A stretch of 64,000 nt of DNA from the NCBI GenBank assembly GCA_965113315.1, contig OZ220364.1; one strand, written 5' to 3'. Shown here piece by piece: positions 12,545 through 25,553 of this stretch. Position numbers and translations under genes: made by a program. The notes under the pieces were generated by a model. That model was not told the DNA's origin. It searched no databases and worked only from the letters and a program-made list of their open reading frames with translations. Each line of letters starts with the position of its first letter. The stretch's first letter is position 1. The stretch comes from Podarcis vaucheri (lineage: Eukaryota).

Positions 12545-13423
12545 TACTTACTTACTTACTTACTTAAACATTTCAGATTTTAAGCCCAATTTGCATTTTA
12601 GCGATAACATACTTTTTATTAAGAATCTCCTCGACCTTGTTATACCAACCACTAAATATTCTCAGTGGGAAGGTTACGTTAAGTAATATGTTTGAACATT
12701 GAATGTGTAAGTTTATGTCTTGAGTCAATGAATAAAACAAACACAATTAGATGTACTGCTGGATAAATGTTTAATGGTCCTTGTATTCGTATTTGTTTAA
12801 AAACTAATAAAAATTGGGGGGGGGGTTAATAAGAAAGGAATCTCTTCAATCTAAGCTTTCTTAAAAAACACACCACACAAATAAATCTGCAAACCTTCAG
12901 AGAGGTATATTAGTCTTTTTCCAGAAAACCAGCAAAGAATCTTGGGGCACCTTAAATACTTAAAAAATGTGATGGCAAGGCTTTGGAATAAAATTTCTGC
13001 AATTTAATGAAAATCCTGTGCTGAATAGTTTCACAATTAATTTGATTATGAATTAACCACATGCCATAAACAAAAAAAAGGTTTTGATAGGGTTATCTTT
13101 TCAAATGGAAGGTTGTGCTTCTTCTAAGAAAATAACCCATCAGGATTGGTCAAGCAGAGCACTCATTCACTCTAGAGTAGTTTTAAAGCTGCTGGCTAGG
13201 TGGCCCTGACTACCTGCACATTTCTTAACATTTCCAAAGACCTATCTTTATGGCCTTGCTTATATGACCTTACCACCACTCTTCTGTGATTGAATGCTCC
13301 AGCTAGATGTGCCACTTCGGACTATATGTGCTGACATGGCCATTAGTTGAGAAGTAAAGCACCAGCATAGAAGAACTTACATATGGATGATTACCCAAAT
13401 CACATATTATGTTTATGCCAATA

Positions 13424-13647
13424 CAGTGGTACCTCTGGTTACGTGCTTAATTTGTTCTGGAGGTCTGTTCTTAACCTGAAACTGTTCTTAACCTGAAGAC
13501 CCTTTAGCTAATGAGGCCTCCCACTGCCGCTGCGCCACCACTGCATGATTTCTGTTCTCATCCTGAAGCAAAGTTTTTAACCCAAGGTAATATTTCTGGG
13601 TTAGCAGAGTCTGTAACCTGAAGCGTATGTAACCCGAGGTACCACTG
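13424..13647 (-). mobile_element. Tc1/mariner MITE, same family, third copy
   Basis: CAGTGGTACCTC ... GAGGTACCACTG TIRs with TA TSD. Confidence 0.9.
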
Positions 13648-16600
13648 TACATGCATGTTTGGCAGACTGTTGGCAGGGCTGGCCCAAGATGTTTCGCAAA
13701 ACTGTAGGTGGCACCCCAAGTTAAATTTCAAGCTATTTTGGTACTTGAGGCAGAAAATCCACAATTACCTTCCCCCTCCTTGGCAGTAATAACCTAACAG
13801 TATATATATATATAGAGAGAGAGAGAGAGACCCAAAAGCATTTGGAATTGCTAGTGCAGGCATAAAAGGTGGTGTTGCATTAACCAGCTCTTACTTCTGA
13901 GTAAATGCATTCACAGTTAGAATCGGAGCTGGCCCAACCAAGGAGGCGAAGTAGGCAATCATCAGGGTGACTCAATTTCAGAAGTTCCTGTCTTCGTTCT
14001 ATAATGCATTGGGGAGATAAGCCACTGTTTGCACTTAGTGGAGGAGAGGTGCACAAAGGCATCTCTGGCTGGTTGATATTCCTTTCTGTCCAGGAGGAGA
14101 CAGTAGGAAGCCTTCTGATGTCCATTAGCTGTTTGTGGCATAGAAAAAAAGTGGCAAGGGAAAGGAAAAGAAGCAATGGGCATAAATAACCAAATAAGCT
14201 CATAGTATCACAGCTAGCTCATCATGTCATGTGTTGCTGTGCTGTTTGGAATATAAAGTGTTTTCTTAGGAAAGCAGGAATAAAAGACAACCTTGGGCTA
14301 GCCCTGGCTGAGATGTTAAGCTCGATTCACTACAATGAGATTAACTACTAGTGCTCTAATTTTATAGGGCTGATATGTTTGAGAGTACAGTATGAACAGT
14401 TATAAAATCAAGTGGGAGACCTCGTTTCTCACTTCAGGAACATCGTGCTCACATTCCTAGCTTAGGGGATGCTTTCTCCTTGGTTGCAGTTCAGTGAGCA
14501 TTTAGCCACTTAATACCCACTGATGTTTAATTTGCCTAACCACCTCCTGGCCTGCTGCCTCTGGGGGTGCAGCTAGACAGGGGTTTACTATTGCAGATGA
14601 GTCACTGTAAATGGGTCATTGGCAACAGTTTGGTTTTTTAAAAAACTTACTAGATTTTGCATGTAAATGGTAAATCCCAATTGAATTTGACTGGGGTAGG
14701 GGTTAGGGCTGGCATTTTTGAACCCTAAAAAAAAAAATCATTCCCAGAATAAGCACCCATCCAGAGGCACCCTGGGTACAATGGGGAGAGTTGTGCTGGC
14801 TGCTAGTTCCCAGTGTCGACTCCAGAAGGCAAAAGACCTGAGAGTGCTTGGTATTCTCAAGCCAAGTGGCAGAAACCAGCTATTTTGCTTGGCTGGTTAG
14901 GGAGCTTCATAGAAAAGCTTTTTTGATTCAAACAAACGAATATGGGGTTGCACTGGCTGCACATGTGGCTGCAGCAGCATGTCGGGACTTCTGGAGAACT
15001 TTGTGCTTTGAACCTGAACCTCGTGAGACACAGAAGTGAATGCAAGGAGTGTAAATCATTGGCTATGTGAATAGCAGCAGCATAAAGCCTCTATAGGCTG
15101 ACGAAGATGCTCAGAGTTTGGCCTTCTCAACTTTAGACTTCAGAAGCAAGGCTCAGGACTCCAGGTTTCATTATGGCTGCACACAGTCCAAACAGGACTC
15201 TGATAGGTGGCCTCTTTATTCCATCCATTTCACAGAAGTAAACAACCCCCTAAATTACATTCTTTTTAAAAATAGGAGGGACAGGGATGTGAAAACTGAA
15301 GTTTAGGGGGTTGCCTGCCTTTGTTTGTCTGTGTTTCATTTGTTGTGGGGAGGTCGTCTTCGCATCGCCAGTTATTCTTATGTGAAATTGGTATTTAGTG
15401 GTTCCCACAATAGTTTCTATGGCAGGGGGGATCCCTGCCATAATACAAATTTGTGACTTTACTCTGTGGGTTCACTTACTTTCTTCAGTTACGTTCTATA
15501 CATGCGCATATTATGTTTAAAAAAATATGTTTAACCATAAAGCCGCGTAGAGGTTTAATTTACAGTTAGGCAGGGTACAGATTTGGTTAGATAAATAAAA
15601 TGTAGGTCTGAGAATAGGGCTATTTCCTGTCGTCCCCCCCCCCCCCGGCTTCTGTTGTGGCACAGTTGCATTGTGTTACCATCTGCTGTGGCCTGATAAT
15701 CATGTATGATTTGGTGGCAGCACATGCAGTGGTTGCATATCTCAGAATGAACAGAGCATTTTCCATGGGCTCTAACTCCTGACCCCTGGCAGCTCTAGTG
15801 ATGGTGGGACATGTGTATTTCGGCAGCACATGCACAGCTGATGTCTTCCTCTGGAGCATTTCTCTATCCGATTCCAGTTCACTGGCTGCTGTTTGCAAAA
15901 GGCATCAGAAAACGAAATGCAGTGATGTCCCCTGCATATTTATTTTTATAAAATTGAATGGGGAGATATTCTGGGAGAAATGCAGATAGATAGCGGTTTA
16001 ATACACTCCATAACATATAGTTAGGTCCTCAGAAGCAGGAGTTATTAGCACCAACTTCTTCCTATCATGTGTACAGTCCACAAAACATATGTGTGACACT
16101 ATCAATCGCAGCTTCATTCCTTTCTTTCCTGAAGTGTTTTTCCATGTAGAACATGTGCGGTGCTCCACTTTTAACACTGAATGAGATCCTTGCCTCTACT
16201 GATCCTACCTTTATTATTCCTCATGAGATTATTTTCTGAGTTTTTTCTCTGTTTCTGAGTGACAAATTTGATTTTTCCAGTTCTGGTGAAGTCAGTGTCA
16301 ATTTAAAGGCAACTGTGGGCGAAACTGGGCAAGTATGAAATGGCAGAAATGCTTGAGGCAGTCAGGAAAGAAGCAAAACTGCTTCTTCATATGTTACTTT
16401 TAAAACAAGCTCCTCTGTGTTTGCTCTGTCAGAAAAGGGTTGACGGTTCATGGTCTAGTCTTCTCTTCCAATTCTTGCTTTTAAATAAAAATAATAATAA
16501 TAACCTTAGAGGAATCAGCTGCTACATCATGTCGTCCTCCTTTGGAAGGTGCAAGGTAGAAGCTGAATGTTGTGTGCTTGTTTGACACATTCCTTATGAA

Positions 16601-17776
16601 TGAGCTGAAATTCTCAGAGTGAAGGCCTGCATGTTGCATTTACGGACCCTAAGACTGAAGAATAATTTCTTAACGTGAAGTAGCTTCACATAACAGCACT
16701 GGTGGATACTCCCCCATTCAAAAGTAATTCCTCTAAGTGGGTCCTCTAAAACTGAGACCCATCAAATGTGGCCCACAAAGCATGGGTTTGAGAGGTTGTG
16801 CATGTGTGCTTGCCACACTCTGGTGTTCTATACACCATGCAGTAGTGCCATGGGACCTCCTTTTCCATAGGCTCACCCCACAGTCTTCTGCAATGTTTAA
16901 AGGCCTGCAACAACATGGGTCTTTCCATGGTGCCATCACTCTACAGAGAGTTCTATGGGAAAGACCCATTCAGTGACTTCAGCAACATGCCTGCAAGCTT
17001 TTAAAGCAGGGATGGAGACATCCCACCCACCAGAAGTTGCTTAACTACAGTGCCTGTTAACAGTTATCATCAGTCACGCTGACTAAGGGTGATGGGAGTC
17101 CAACAGTATCTGAGTACTCACTGGTTCCCCATCCCTGCATTAAAGATTGCAGTAGTTGTGAGACAAGACTTTCCCCAGAAGCTGTCAAGACGCACCTGAA
17201 AGCCTGTAGTTCTTTGGCTGTGTGGTGATCTTCACCATGCGTGCAAGCCTGCTTGCCTGCTTCCATGAGCTCCGTAAAAGTAAAACATATCACTCTAAAG
17301 GTGGTACGTTGTGATATACTGATGGAGATAAGCACTTCATCTGGGAAGACCATGTCACAGAAACAATCTCTAGACTTTAGCCAGTGCTTCACACAAGAGC
17401 ACAGCACATTTAGACAATTAGAGTGGCATGATAAATGGGCCTGTGAATCCTCCCCTTTGATGGGACCTGTTTCCCATTCATTATCATTCCAACCATCTTG
17501 CTAACAAAAGCAGAGCCAGACCTGGATTCAGAACTTGCAGCCGTACCCAGGCTGGAGTGTTTGCTTTCATGTATTTGTCTCTAAGGCTTCTGTCCTGCCT
17601 GTTGAACAGCCCCTGTGTTGCTTCTAACATAGACAGCTACTTTAAAACTTACTTAGCCATCGGTAAGGTTCATTTTAGGATGCCTCCGTCTCTCTGTCAC
17701 CCCATCCTCATGAATTGTGAAACTCAAAAGGCTAAAATTACTCAAGCCCCTCTCTCCTCTGACTTGTATTTTTCAG

Positions 17777-17909
17777 TCCAACAAGGTTCCAGTAGTGCAG
17801 CCGTCCCATGGTGTCCATCCACTCACGCCACTCATCCCATACAGCAATGAACATTTCAGCCATGGCTCCCATTCGCCACACCTGCCAGCTGACATCAACC
17901 AGAAACAAG
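17777..17909 (+). CDS. TCF7: TCF7 internal coding exon, context-dependent regulatory domain ([44 protein letters not shown])
   Basis: tttttcag acceptor and G|gtaacc donor; 133 nt, phase 0 to 1. The [21 protein letters not shown] peptide is the conserved TCF/LEF motif. Phase fits the next exon. Confidence 0.95.
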
Positions 17910-19467
17910 GTAACCATGATACTATCAGCTTCCTCTATTTACTTTGCAAGGAATGGGGGAGAGGAGGGGAGGCGTCTGAAAATAATTTTAGAAAACCTAT
18001 GGGTTAAAAAAAAGGTAGGCTGATAATAGGATTGTCAACTCACTAAACTTTACCCATATCAATGAAAGTCAGAATGATTACTGCAAATATTCACCCTTGA
18101 ACTGTATTTCACAGCCATCCTCATCCATTTTGCACATCACCTATGAATGTCTGAAAGCTATTCTCAAGCACCAGAGCTGCTGGCATATGTATTTCTACTT
18201 TTAGGGGCAGCATTCAGGGGCCCTTGTGAGCAAAGAAGCAGCAGCAGGAGGGGTGCTTAACCCTTCCCTACCGGCCACTTGACTCTCAAAAATTGTTCCA
18301 GTTTGCTTCTTTTTGCCCTCCTCCTTGGGATTAAAAAAATACTTCTTACAAAGGCAAATGTGCTTTGATCTTGGTGGGTGATTGGCTTGCTAGATGATTT
18401 GGAATGGAGACATTGCAGGAAGGGGAAAGGGGTCAAGCACTTCCTCAAAGAAGAACCCTTCCCTAGACTTCAAGGCAACCATGTGAGGCTGCTAATTAGT
18501 AAAATAAAATAAAACCTGAAAACATGTATGATCCTAATCATGGGCCTCCTGCTTCTCATCTAAGTTTGGCCCTGAGTGATTAATGTGGGTTCAAGAGCAA
18601 GTTGTGGTCTTGGTCACACACTCTTTTCTGACATTTAGTGGTATTTTCTTTCACAACCCCCTTACAGCGTCGAGGTGTGCCTAAGCTGACTATTTAGATA
18701 CGACTGGGACCAAAAGCATTTTTTCCTAGTGGTTTCTGCATAACATTTCTTCAAAGAGCCCATCAAAATAAGTGAGAGATATGCCACTGTGATGTTTGGT
18801 GTATTGTGGCTCAACTTCCATTGGCTGAATAATGACAGTATAATAATATTGTCTTTAAATTTCCAGAGTAAATTTGTTTCCTTTCTCATATTGTAGTGGG
18901 CACCGTGTCACATAATAGCATTTATCCTATAAACTATGGAATATACGCACCTTGTTTCTGTGTTAATAAAAATATTTGATTTTTAAAAGTTAGTGGCCAC
19001 ATTCACATGTCAAGATGAACTAAGATCCCTAGATTATTGTTGTTTTGTCCCTTTCTTCTCATATGCAGATAAAGCTAACTGGAATGTGATAGCTTATCAC
19101 AGAATCATAGAATTGTAGAATGGAAGCACGGCCAGTGTCCTTCTTGGTCTGCATTTTAGGGGAATTTGAATGGGGACATAAAACAATATTTAAATATGGT
19201 TATCGTGGCATGTGAACTCTGGAGCTTACTCTCAATCAGGACAGAAATGTAAGCCAGGGTTAAAGTTGACTTCATGAATCCTGGGTTCACACATCATAAT
19301 AAGATACCCTCTCCTGGTTTGTTTTATCCACACATGCAAAGGAAGAACAGGTTGTGCGTACTAGCATGCTGCTCTTTCACAGTAAGATAGGGTCAGCCAG
19401 GAGTCCTGGCTTATTGTGTCATGAAATTGCAGTCAGTGGTACAAAACTGTTAGGTACTTCCTACCCT

Positions 19468-19825
19468 TAAAGGTAAAGGTAAAGGGACCCCTGACTGTTA
19501 GGTCCAGTCGCGAATGACTCTGGAGTTGCGGCGCTCATCTTGCTTTACTGGCCAAGGGAGCCGGCATACAACCTCCGGCTCATTTGGCCAGCATGACTAA
19601 GCCGCTTCTGGCGAACCAGAGCAGTGCACGGAAATACCGTTTACCTTCCCACCGGAGCAGTACCTATTTATCTACTTGTACTTTGATGTGCTTTCAAACT
19701 GCTAGGTTGGCAGGAGCAGGGACTGATCAATGGGAGCTCACCCCGTCGCGGGTATTCAAACCGCCGACCTTCTGATCGGCAAGCCCTAGGCCCTGTGGTT
19801 TGGACCACAGCGCCACCCGCATCCC
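19468..19825 (-). mobile_element. Sauria SINE, full length
   Basis: Minus strand starts GGGATGCGGGTGGCGCTGTGG and ends in an (ACCTTT)n tail. Confidence 0.9.
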
Positions 19826-19959
19826 TTATAAAAACAAAAAATCATGACCATTTTGATTGCTTCAGTTCTTTGTCACGGGGCAAAGGAAAACTGATGGGTT
19901 ATGCTAGGATGTGCAGGATTTTACATTTACCAGCTTTACAGCTTGTCATTTAAGAACTA

Positions 19960-20219
19960 CTGTATTTTTTGTTCTATAAGACTCACTTTTTCCCTCCTAA
20001 AAAGTAAGGGGAAATGTGTGTGCGTCTTATGGAGCAAATGCAGGCTGTGCAGCTATCACAGAAGCCAGAACAGCAAGAGGGATTGCTGCTTTCACTGCAC
20101 AGTGATCCCTCTTGCTGTTCTGGCTTCTGAGATTCAGAATATATTTTTTTCTTGTTTTCTTCCTCCAAAAACTAGGTGCGTCTTGTGGTCTGGTACGTCT
20201 TATAGAGCAAAAACTACGG
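19960..20219. mobile_element. Tc1/mariner MITE with CCGTA-type TIR
   Basis: CTGTATTTTTTGTTCTATAAGAC ... GTCTTATAGAGCAAAAACTACGG TIRs with TA flanks; shares subterminal sequence with the 12376 copy. Confidence 0.85.
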
Positions 20220-22707
20220 TACTTTCACTTTAACTCTCTGATAGCGCTTTTTATTACTGAGTTTTAAGTGTGTACTTTTATATAGATTGGGAACAGACAC
20301 ACAAACAAGCAACAATCCAGATGTATCATTTCTTATTTGAAATTCCTTAATGAAGATGAGGTGATTGTGGTGATGATCATGAAAATCCCATTTCATTTAT
20401 AATCCATAACCTACCCAGATTCACAAGCCCGTGGGAATCGTCAGGGGGCAGTTTTCACTTGTATCTGTGGTACTTTTGATGGCCTGTGCATGTTCATTCT
20501 CAACTCTGAATTTCTGTCTCAGAAACAATTTTGGCAAGTGGTATAGTCCTAAAATGTTTATTTCAATGGAGAATGCACCTGGAATAGCACACAGTAGGCT
20601 CCAAGTCCTGTTGTCTTTAGTTTCCATAAATGGGGATTATGGCTTGGATCTTATACCAACAGAAACCCATTTCAGCCAAGCATAAGAATCTTGTGTGAGA
20701 AAAGTAAGGTCCATCCACCTGCAGAAGCTCTTTGCTCAAGAGATTTTCGTGGCCCAGTAGAGTTTATGTGCTGCAGCCCATATCTTTCTTATTAGCCTTG
20801 TTTCTCATCCTGTAACACAGCCCATCTGCCCACTCCCAAGAGATTATGATGCTGTACTTCTTACACTCATAGCTCTTTGGCCTTCAAATAGGTGGTTCTC
20901 CACAGTCCTACACTTATACCACCTGACCTTCCTAGACATTTGCATCCACTCTCAGTGGGGTATTCCTGAACAAACATGTCTTGAGAGATGTAAAGAATGT
21001 TTGTTTCATAGAATTTCTCCTTACAGCTTTCTGGAGTTGGATATGGTTTCATAGTAGTGATTACCAGTTGCATATTTCCCCCCCCCCCACCCTACTCAAG
21101 CTCCTAAGCAATGGCAAAGCAATGCACCATGTATGGTTAAGCATGCTGTCAAACACCAAGGCTGTTAAGAAGTGTGTTTAGCAAATGTCATGAAGTTAGC
21201 ACATGTGCTATCTTAAGCCCCTTAGAGAATTATTCTGCTGCGCTTTAGACCCCAGAAAATGTTGAGAATGTTTGACCTGGGCTCAGAAGACTTTTCATTC
21301 TCCTGCTCCCTACAAACTGAACATGTTCTCTACACATCTAGTCTCTTGGATCTAAAATTGCCCGCCAGCATTCAGAGAAAATTAAACCTAAAACATAAGA
21401 ATAAAAAGAGTTAACGAATTATAACCTACAAGAAGCTTAGCTAAGGGCAAATATTGAAGTCTGGCAGGAAGTGGTGAATGAGGATAGTTCAAATCTTGCT
21501 TGGCTCTTCAGGGAATATAACACAAAGTACCTTATATCCAGCTGTCCTTGAACATACCCACAGAATAAGTCCCATGACTTTTGAAGAGGCTTTGAAAGTC
21601 TCTGTGAGTGCACCTCAAGAGACTTATTCTTAGAATAAAAAGCCATAACACAAGTCTACCCTGAGGATGGAAAGCTCCCCTGTTGCATGGGCTGGCTTGA
21701 AGTTAAGCTTGTTGCTGTGGCTGCTGACAGAATCCCAGTGTGACTGACTGTAGAAGGCCCATGGCTTAAGGACTCTCATGGATTGGACATGCGCCACAGC
21801 AGATCCACAGCATCCTTAAGTTTACGATGAGGCAGCTTATGTGAGAGAAAGGAGCTGTCTTAATTCATTTTTACAGACTGGAAAAAATAATTAAGGCTGC
21901 TCATTCCTGTCAGCGATTAAAATTGCAACGTGGGAATTTTGATGAGGCTTACCACTTGTTTCTGATTTCGTGATTTTTACTCATGTGAGAAGCCAATGGG
22001 AACACTTCCATAAAGGAACATCACCATGTTGGAAGTACGTTGCCCTGAAGTGGGAAGCGTAATCTGAAGCGTCCTTCTGGATGTGACCAAAGTGTAACTG
22101 CCCATCTTTACAGATGGAGAATGGAAGCAGGAGGCTCTGCTTATGATTGAATGAGTATTACCACATCCCATACTGCTTTGGATTTCTAAGCAGTTGTGTG
22201 ATATTGTAACATTGGCTGGAGGCCGCAGAGGGCTGTCTCTCAGGTAGTTACAACCACTGCCACCACCTGCATAGTTTGTTCTCTTTTCACCCTGCACACA
22301 GGTTCGTGTATACAGTGTTTGTGATATCAAGCAATGACTTTCATACATCACAGATCAAACACATGTGGTGGAATTTCCATATCACCTAAAAGATTATTAT
22401 TCCGTGAAGGCCATTCAGCCACCCTGGGGGGTGGGGGTGCTAAACATAACCTGCAGTCAGAAAGAAGCAGCATACACTTTTTCCAAACACAATAAGAATG
22501 CAACCTAATGTCGCGGTAGTGCTCATTCTATTTAAGATTCTGTCTCTTGTTGGTAATTAACATAGATATATTTTAAACTATAGAAAGTTGGGGTGGAAGG
22601 GAGAAAAAAACTTCTCTAGGAACTAACATACCCCAGCTGGTCAACAAACTGGTGTGCTAAACAGAAGCAGCAGAAACCAAGAAACTAAGGTCCTAAAGGA
22701 GGAAGAA

Positions 22708-23062
22708 GTGGCGCTGTGGGTAAAAGCCTCAGCGCCTAGGGCTTGCCGATCGAAAGGTCGGTGGTTCGAATCCCTGCGGCGGGGTGCGCTCCCGTTGCTC
22801 GGTCCCAGCGCCTGCCAACCTAGCAGTTCGAAAGCACCCCCGGGTGCAAGTAGATAAATAGGGACCGCTTACAAGCGGGAAGGTAAACGGCGTTTCCGTG
22901 TGCTGCGCTGGCTCACCAGATGCAGCTTTGTCACGCTGGCCACGTGACCCGGAAGTGTCTTCGGACAGCGCTGGCCCCCGGCCTCTTGAGTGAGATGGGC
23001 GCACAAACCCCAGAGTCTGGCAAGACTGGCCCGTACGGGCAGGGGTACCTTTACCTTTACCT
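22708..23062 (+). mobile_element. Sauria SINE
   Basis: GTGGCGCTGTGG head, B box GGTTCGAATCCC, (ACCTTT)n tail; CpG-rich, so probably young. Confidence 0.92.
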
Positions 23063-23489
23063 ATAGTTTGTTTTAGCAAACTGATGTGCACTGGGTGAAT
23101 TGAGAAGAAAGAAAGAAATCCTTTCCCCACGCCTTTTCTCCCACACTCATGCTCCTTCTAATGACCATCCACTCATTCCTGAGTAAATTACCTTTCCAAC
23201 CCCACATATGAAAACCGGTGACTTAACTTGGTGGTGGTTGGGTTTTTTTGTACTTTGATGATAATACTTAGAAATTACATACCACATTCAAAGTACTTCA
23301 CATATATTATCTCTGCCATGCTTCCCGCAGCATTGTGGTGTAGGCCCACATTGCTATCCCTCTATTATAGATAGGGGTTTGGGGATGAGGCTGAGAAGGC
23401 TGGCCCAAGGCCATCTTTTGAGGTTGTGGGTGGCTGAGGTGAGATTTTGAACTGAGGACTCCCCAACTCAAATCTTTTCTGCTGCATTA

Positions 23490-23673
23490 CACCAGCTTTA
23501 TCTTGTCTCTACTCCATGTGCTTTTGTCCCACTCATTTCCTGTACTTGCCACCTCCTTCAGTGCCCTACCTTGGCTGACTACGCCGCACCAACTTCATCT
23601 TTTCTGTACTCCGGATACTTTTGTCCCACTCACTTCCTGTACTACTCACCCCATCAGTGCTGTACCTTGATTG
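23490..23673. repeat. Diverged tandem duplication, period about 97 nt
   Basis: cacca.ctt.atctt.tct.tactcc ... cttttgtcccactca.ttcctgtact ... tcagtgc..taccttg occurs at 23490 and 23587. Confidence 0.8.
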
Positions 23674-23690
23674 TCTGATTGCAGTATTCT

Positions 23691-23794
23691 TCATAGAATC
23701 ATAGAATCATAGAGTTGGAAGAGACCACAAGGGCCATCGAGTCCAACCCCCTGCCAAGCAGGAAACACCATCAGAGCACTCCAGACATATGGTT
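23691..23794 (-). mobile_element. CR1 LINE extreme 3' fragment, near-identical to the 4863 copy
   Basis: Same (ATTCTATG)n tail and about 100 nt of 3' sequence, with one visible mismatch. Confidence 0.9.
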
Positions 23795-24003
23795 ATCTTA
23801 ATAGATAGGAAAGCCTAAGGATATTTATTAAGTCCAGAAATGGGGGACAAGGGAGAGACAAAGTAAGTTAATCAATTCTGATTATTGGATGCTAAGAAAT
23901 ACTGAACCTTTGAACCATGTCCATTTTAGCCAGGTTAATGCTACTTAAAAGAAAGCTAGAAATTGCTTCGTCTAAACTTCCTGATGTTTCGGTTTTCTGC
24001 CAG

Positions 24004-24094
24004 GTGTACACCGTCCTTCTCAAACATCAGACATTTCTGGTTTCTATTCCCTCCCTCCTAGTGGAGTTGGACAGATAACACCTTCTATGGGATG
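24004..24094 (+). CDS. TCF7: TCF7 internal coding exon (GVHRPSQTSDISGFYSLPPSGVGQITPSMGW)
   Basis: ttttctgccag acceptor and TG|gtaagt donor; 91 nt, phase 1 to 2. Resembles human TCF7 VHRPLQTPDLSGFYSL. Confidence 0.95.
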
Positions 24095-24899
24095 GTAAGT
24101 ATGAAATACCTATAACTGAGGGAAGTTTGTCCAAATTGGGCTACCTGGGCAACACCAACCATTCTCCACAACACCTGAAACTGTATATGTACACACTTCA
24201 GTATAATTTTCCCTGGCACCACAATTAGTTCTTGGCACTGGTCTAGGTGTGGGGGGAAAAGATTTTGAGCAAGATATTGGTTCTCTCTCCTGCTCTCCTA
24301 CTTTGATCAAGGACTGTTGTGTTGACCCTTAGCCTAGAATCTCTTGTTCAGCCACATGCTGCCATTCTGAAATGCCAATAACAAGGAAGAGCGTGGTAGG
24401 TCATAGAATTCGCTTTCTTCTCACCCGGGCATATGCATACCTGAGTTATTGAAGAAATGTTGTTGTTAAATTCGGTCCCTAAAACATGTTTCTGCAGATG
24501 GCCTTTCCCTTCTTACTATGGATTAATGGTAATCCAGTGTGGGTCCTGGTAAACATGCAAGAGAGAGGGAAAATGCAATCTGTGGCAGAGTCTTTTAAAT
24601 GAAGATGGACAGCATTTTCTCCATTTCATGGCTGTATATTTAGGCCAGAAGCTGAGGAGACAAAGGCATTCAACACACATTCAACCATAAGTAGACCTCT
24701 CCCCACCCCTTCCATGTTTTAATTCACTTACGTGATGCAGCAGGCGTTGGTAGAACTGTGCAATGCATGACAATGTGGAATTGTAGAAACTTCAACCCAC
24801 CATTTCTGAACTGGAGGTTGCCAGAATATTACTGCTACTACTACTACAAATAATAATAATAGAGAGCAAAGTTCCTGCATATCAGCTGAACGCACTCTG

Positions 24900-25339
24900 T
24901 AGAGATGGGGGAGATATTTGTTTCAGTTTGCATTTAAAGGTGAACCTAACTAATTTGTGTTTTCCAAAACGATACCGAAATCTAAAGACAGCCTTCAAAA
25001 TTTGTGCTTTTCTGAATTTTGCACTGTAGTTCTCCAGCCAAGTAATGTGTGCAAAAATGAATGTACTGGGACAAATTGTGCGTAAAAATGCACATGTTAG
25101 TGAAAGTAACCTACAAAGATGCATTATGTTCAGCCATACTGTTTTGCAAAAATGTAAAACTGCATATAAACATGTGCATCTTGGGAGAAATTCACACTAA
25201 AATGTTAGTGAATTTCCACAAAGATTTTTTAAAACACACACACACACACAATGTGCAAACTGATATTGGAGAACTAAACTTAAGATTGGAAGAATGAGAA
25301 ATGGAAAGAAACCATCATTTGCAGATTCACCCATCCTTA
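24900..25339. mobile_element. Decayed non-autonomous DNA transposon, unclassified
   Basis: Imperfect TIRs TAGAGATGGGGGAGAT / ATTCACCCATCCTTA around an AT-rich interior. Confidence 0.5.
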
Positions 25340-25512
25340 GCAGTATGCAGATAGGAATTTCTGCCATAACTGTGGCACAGGCATGTTAAGTACGTCACCT
25401 AAGGGAGATGCAATAAAACACATCACAAAGCAATACAATACAATATTTGACTACCAAATGATGTTCTATATATTTATTCACAAAGAAGAGGCACCTGAGG
25501 CTTCAGGCTTTA

Positions 25513-25553
25513 TGGTTGGTTGGTTGGTTGGTTGGTTGGTTGGTTGGTTGGTT
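25513..25553. repeat. (TGGT)n microsatellite
   Basis: Direct reading. Confidence 0.95.
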
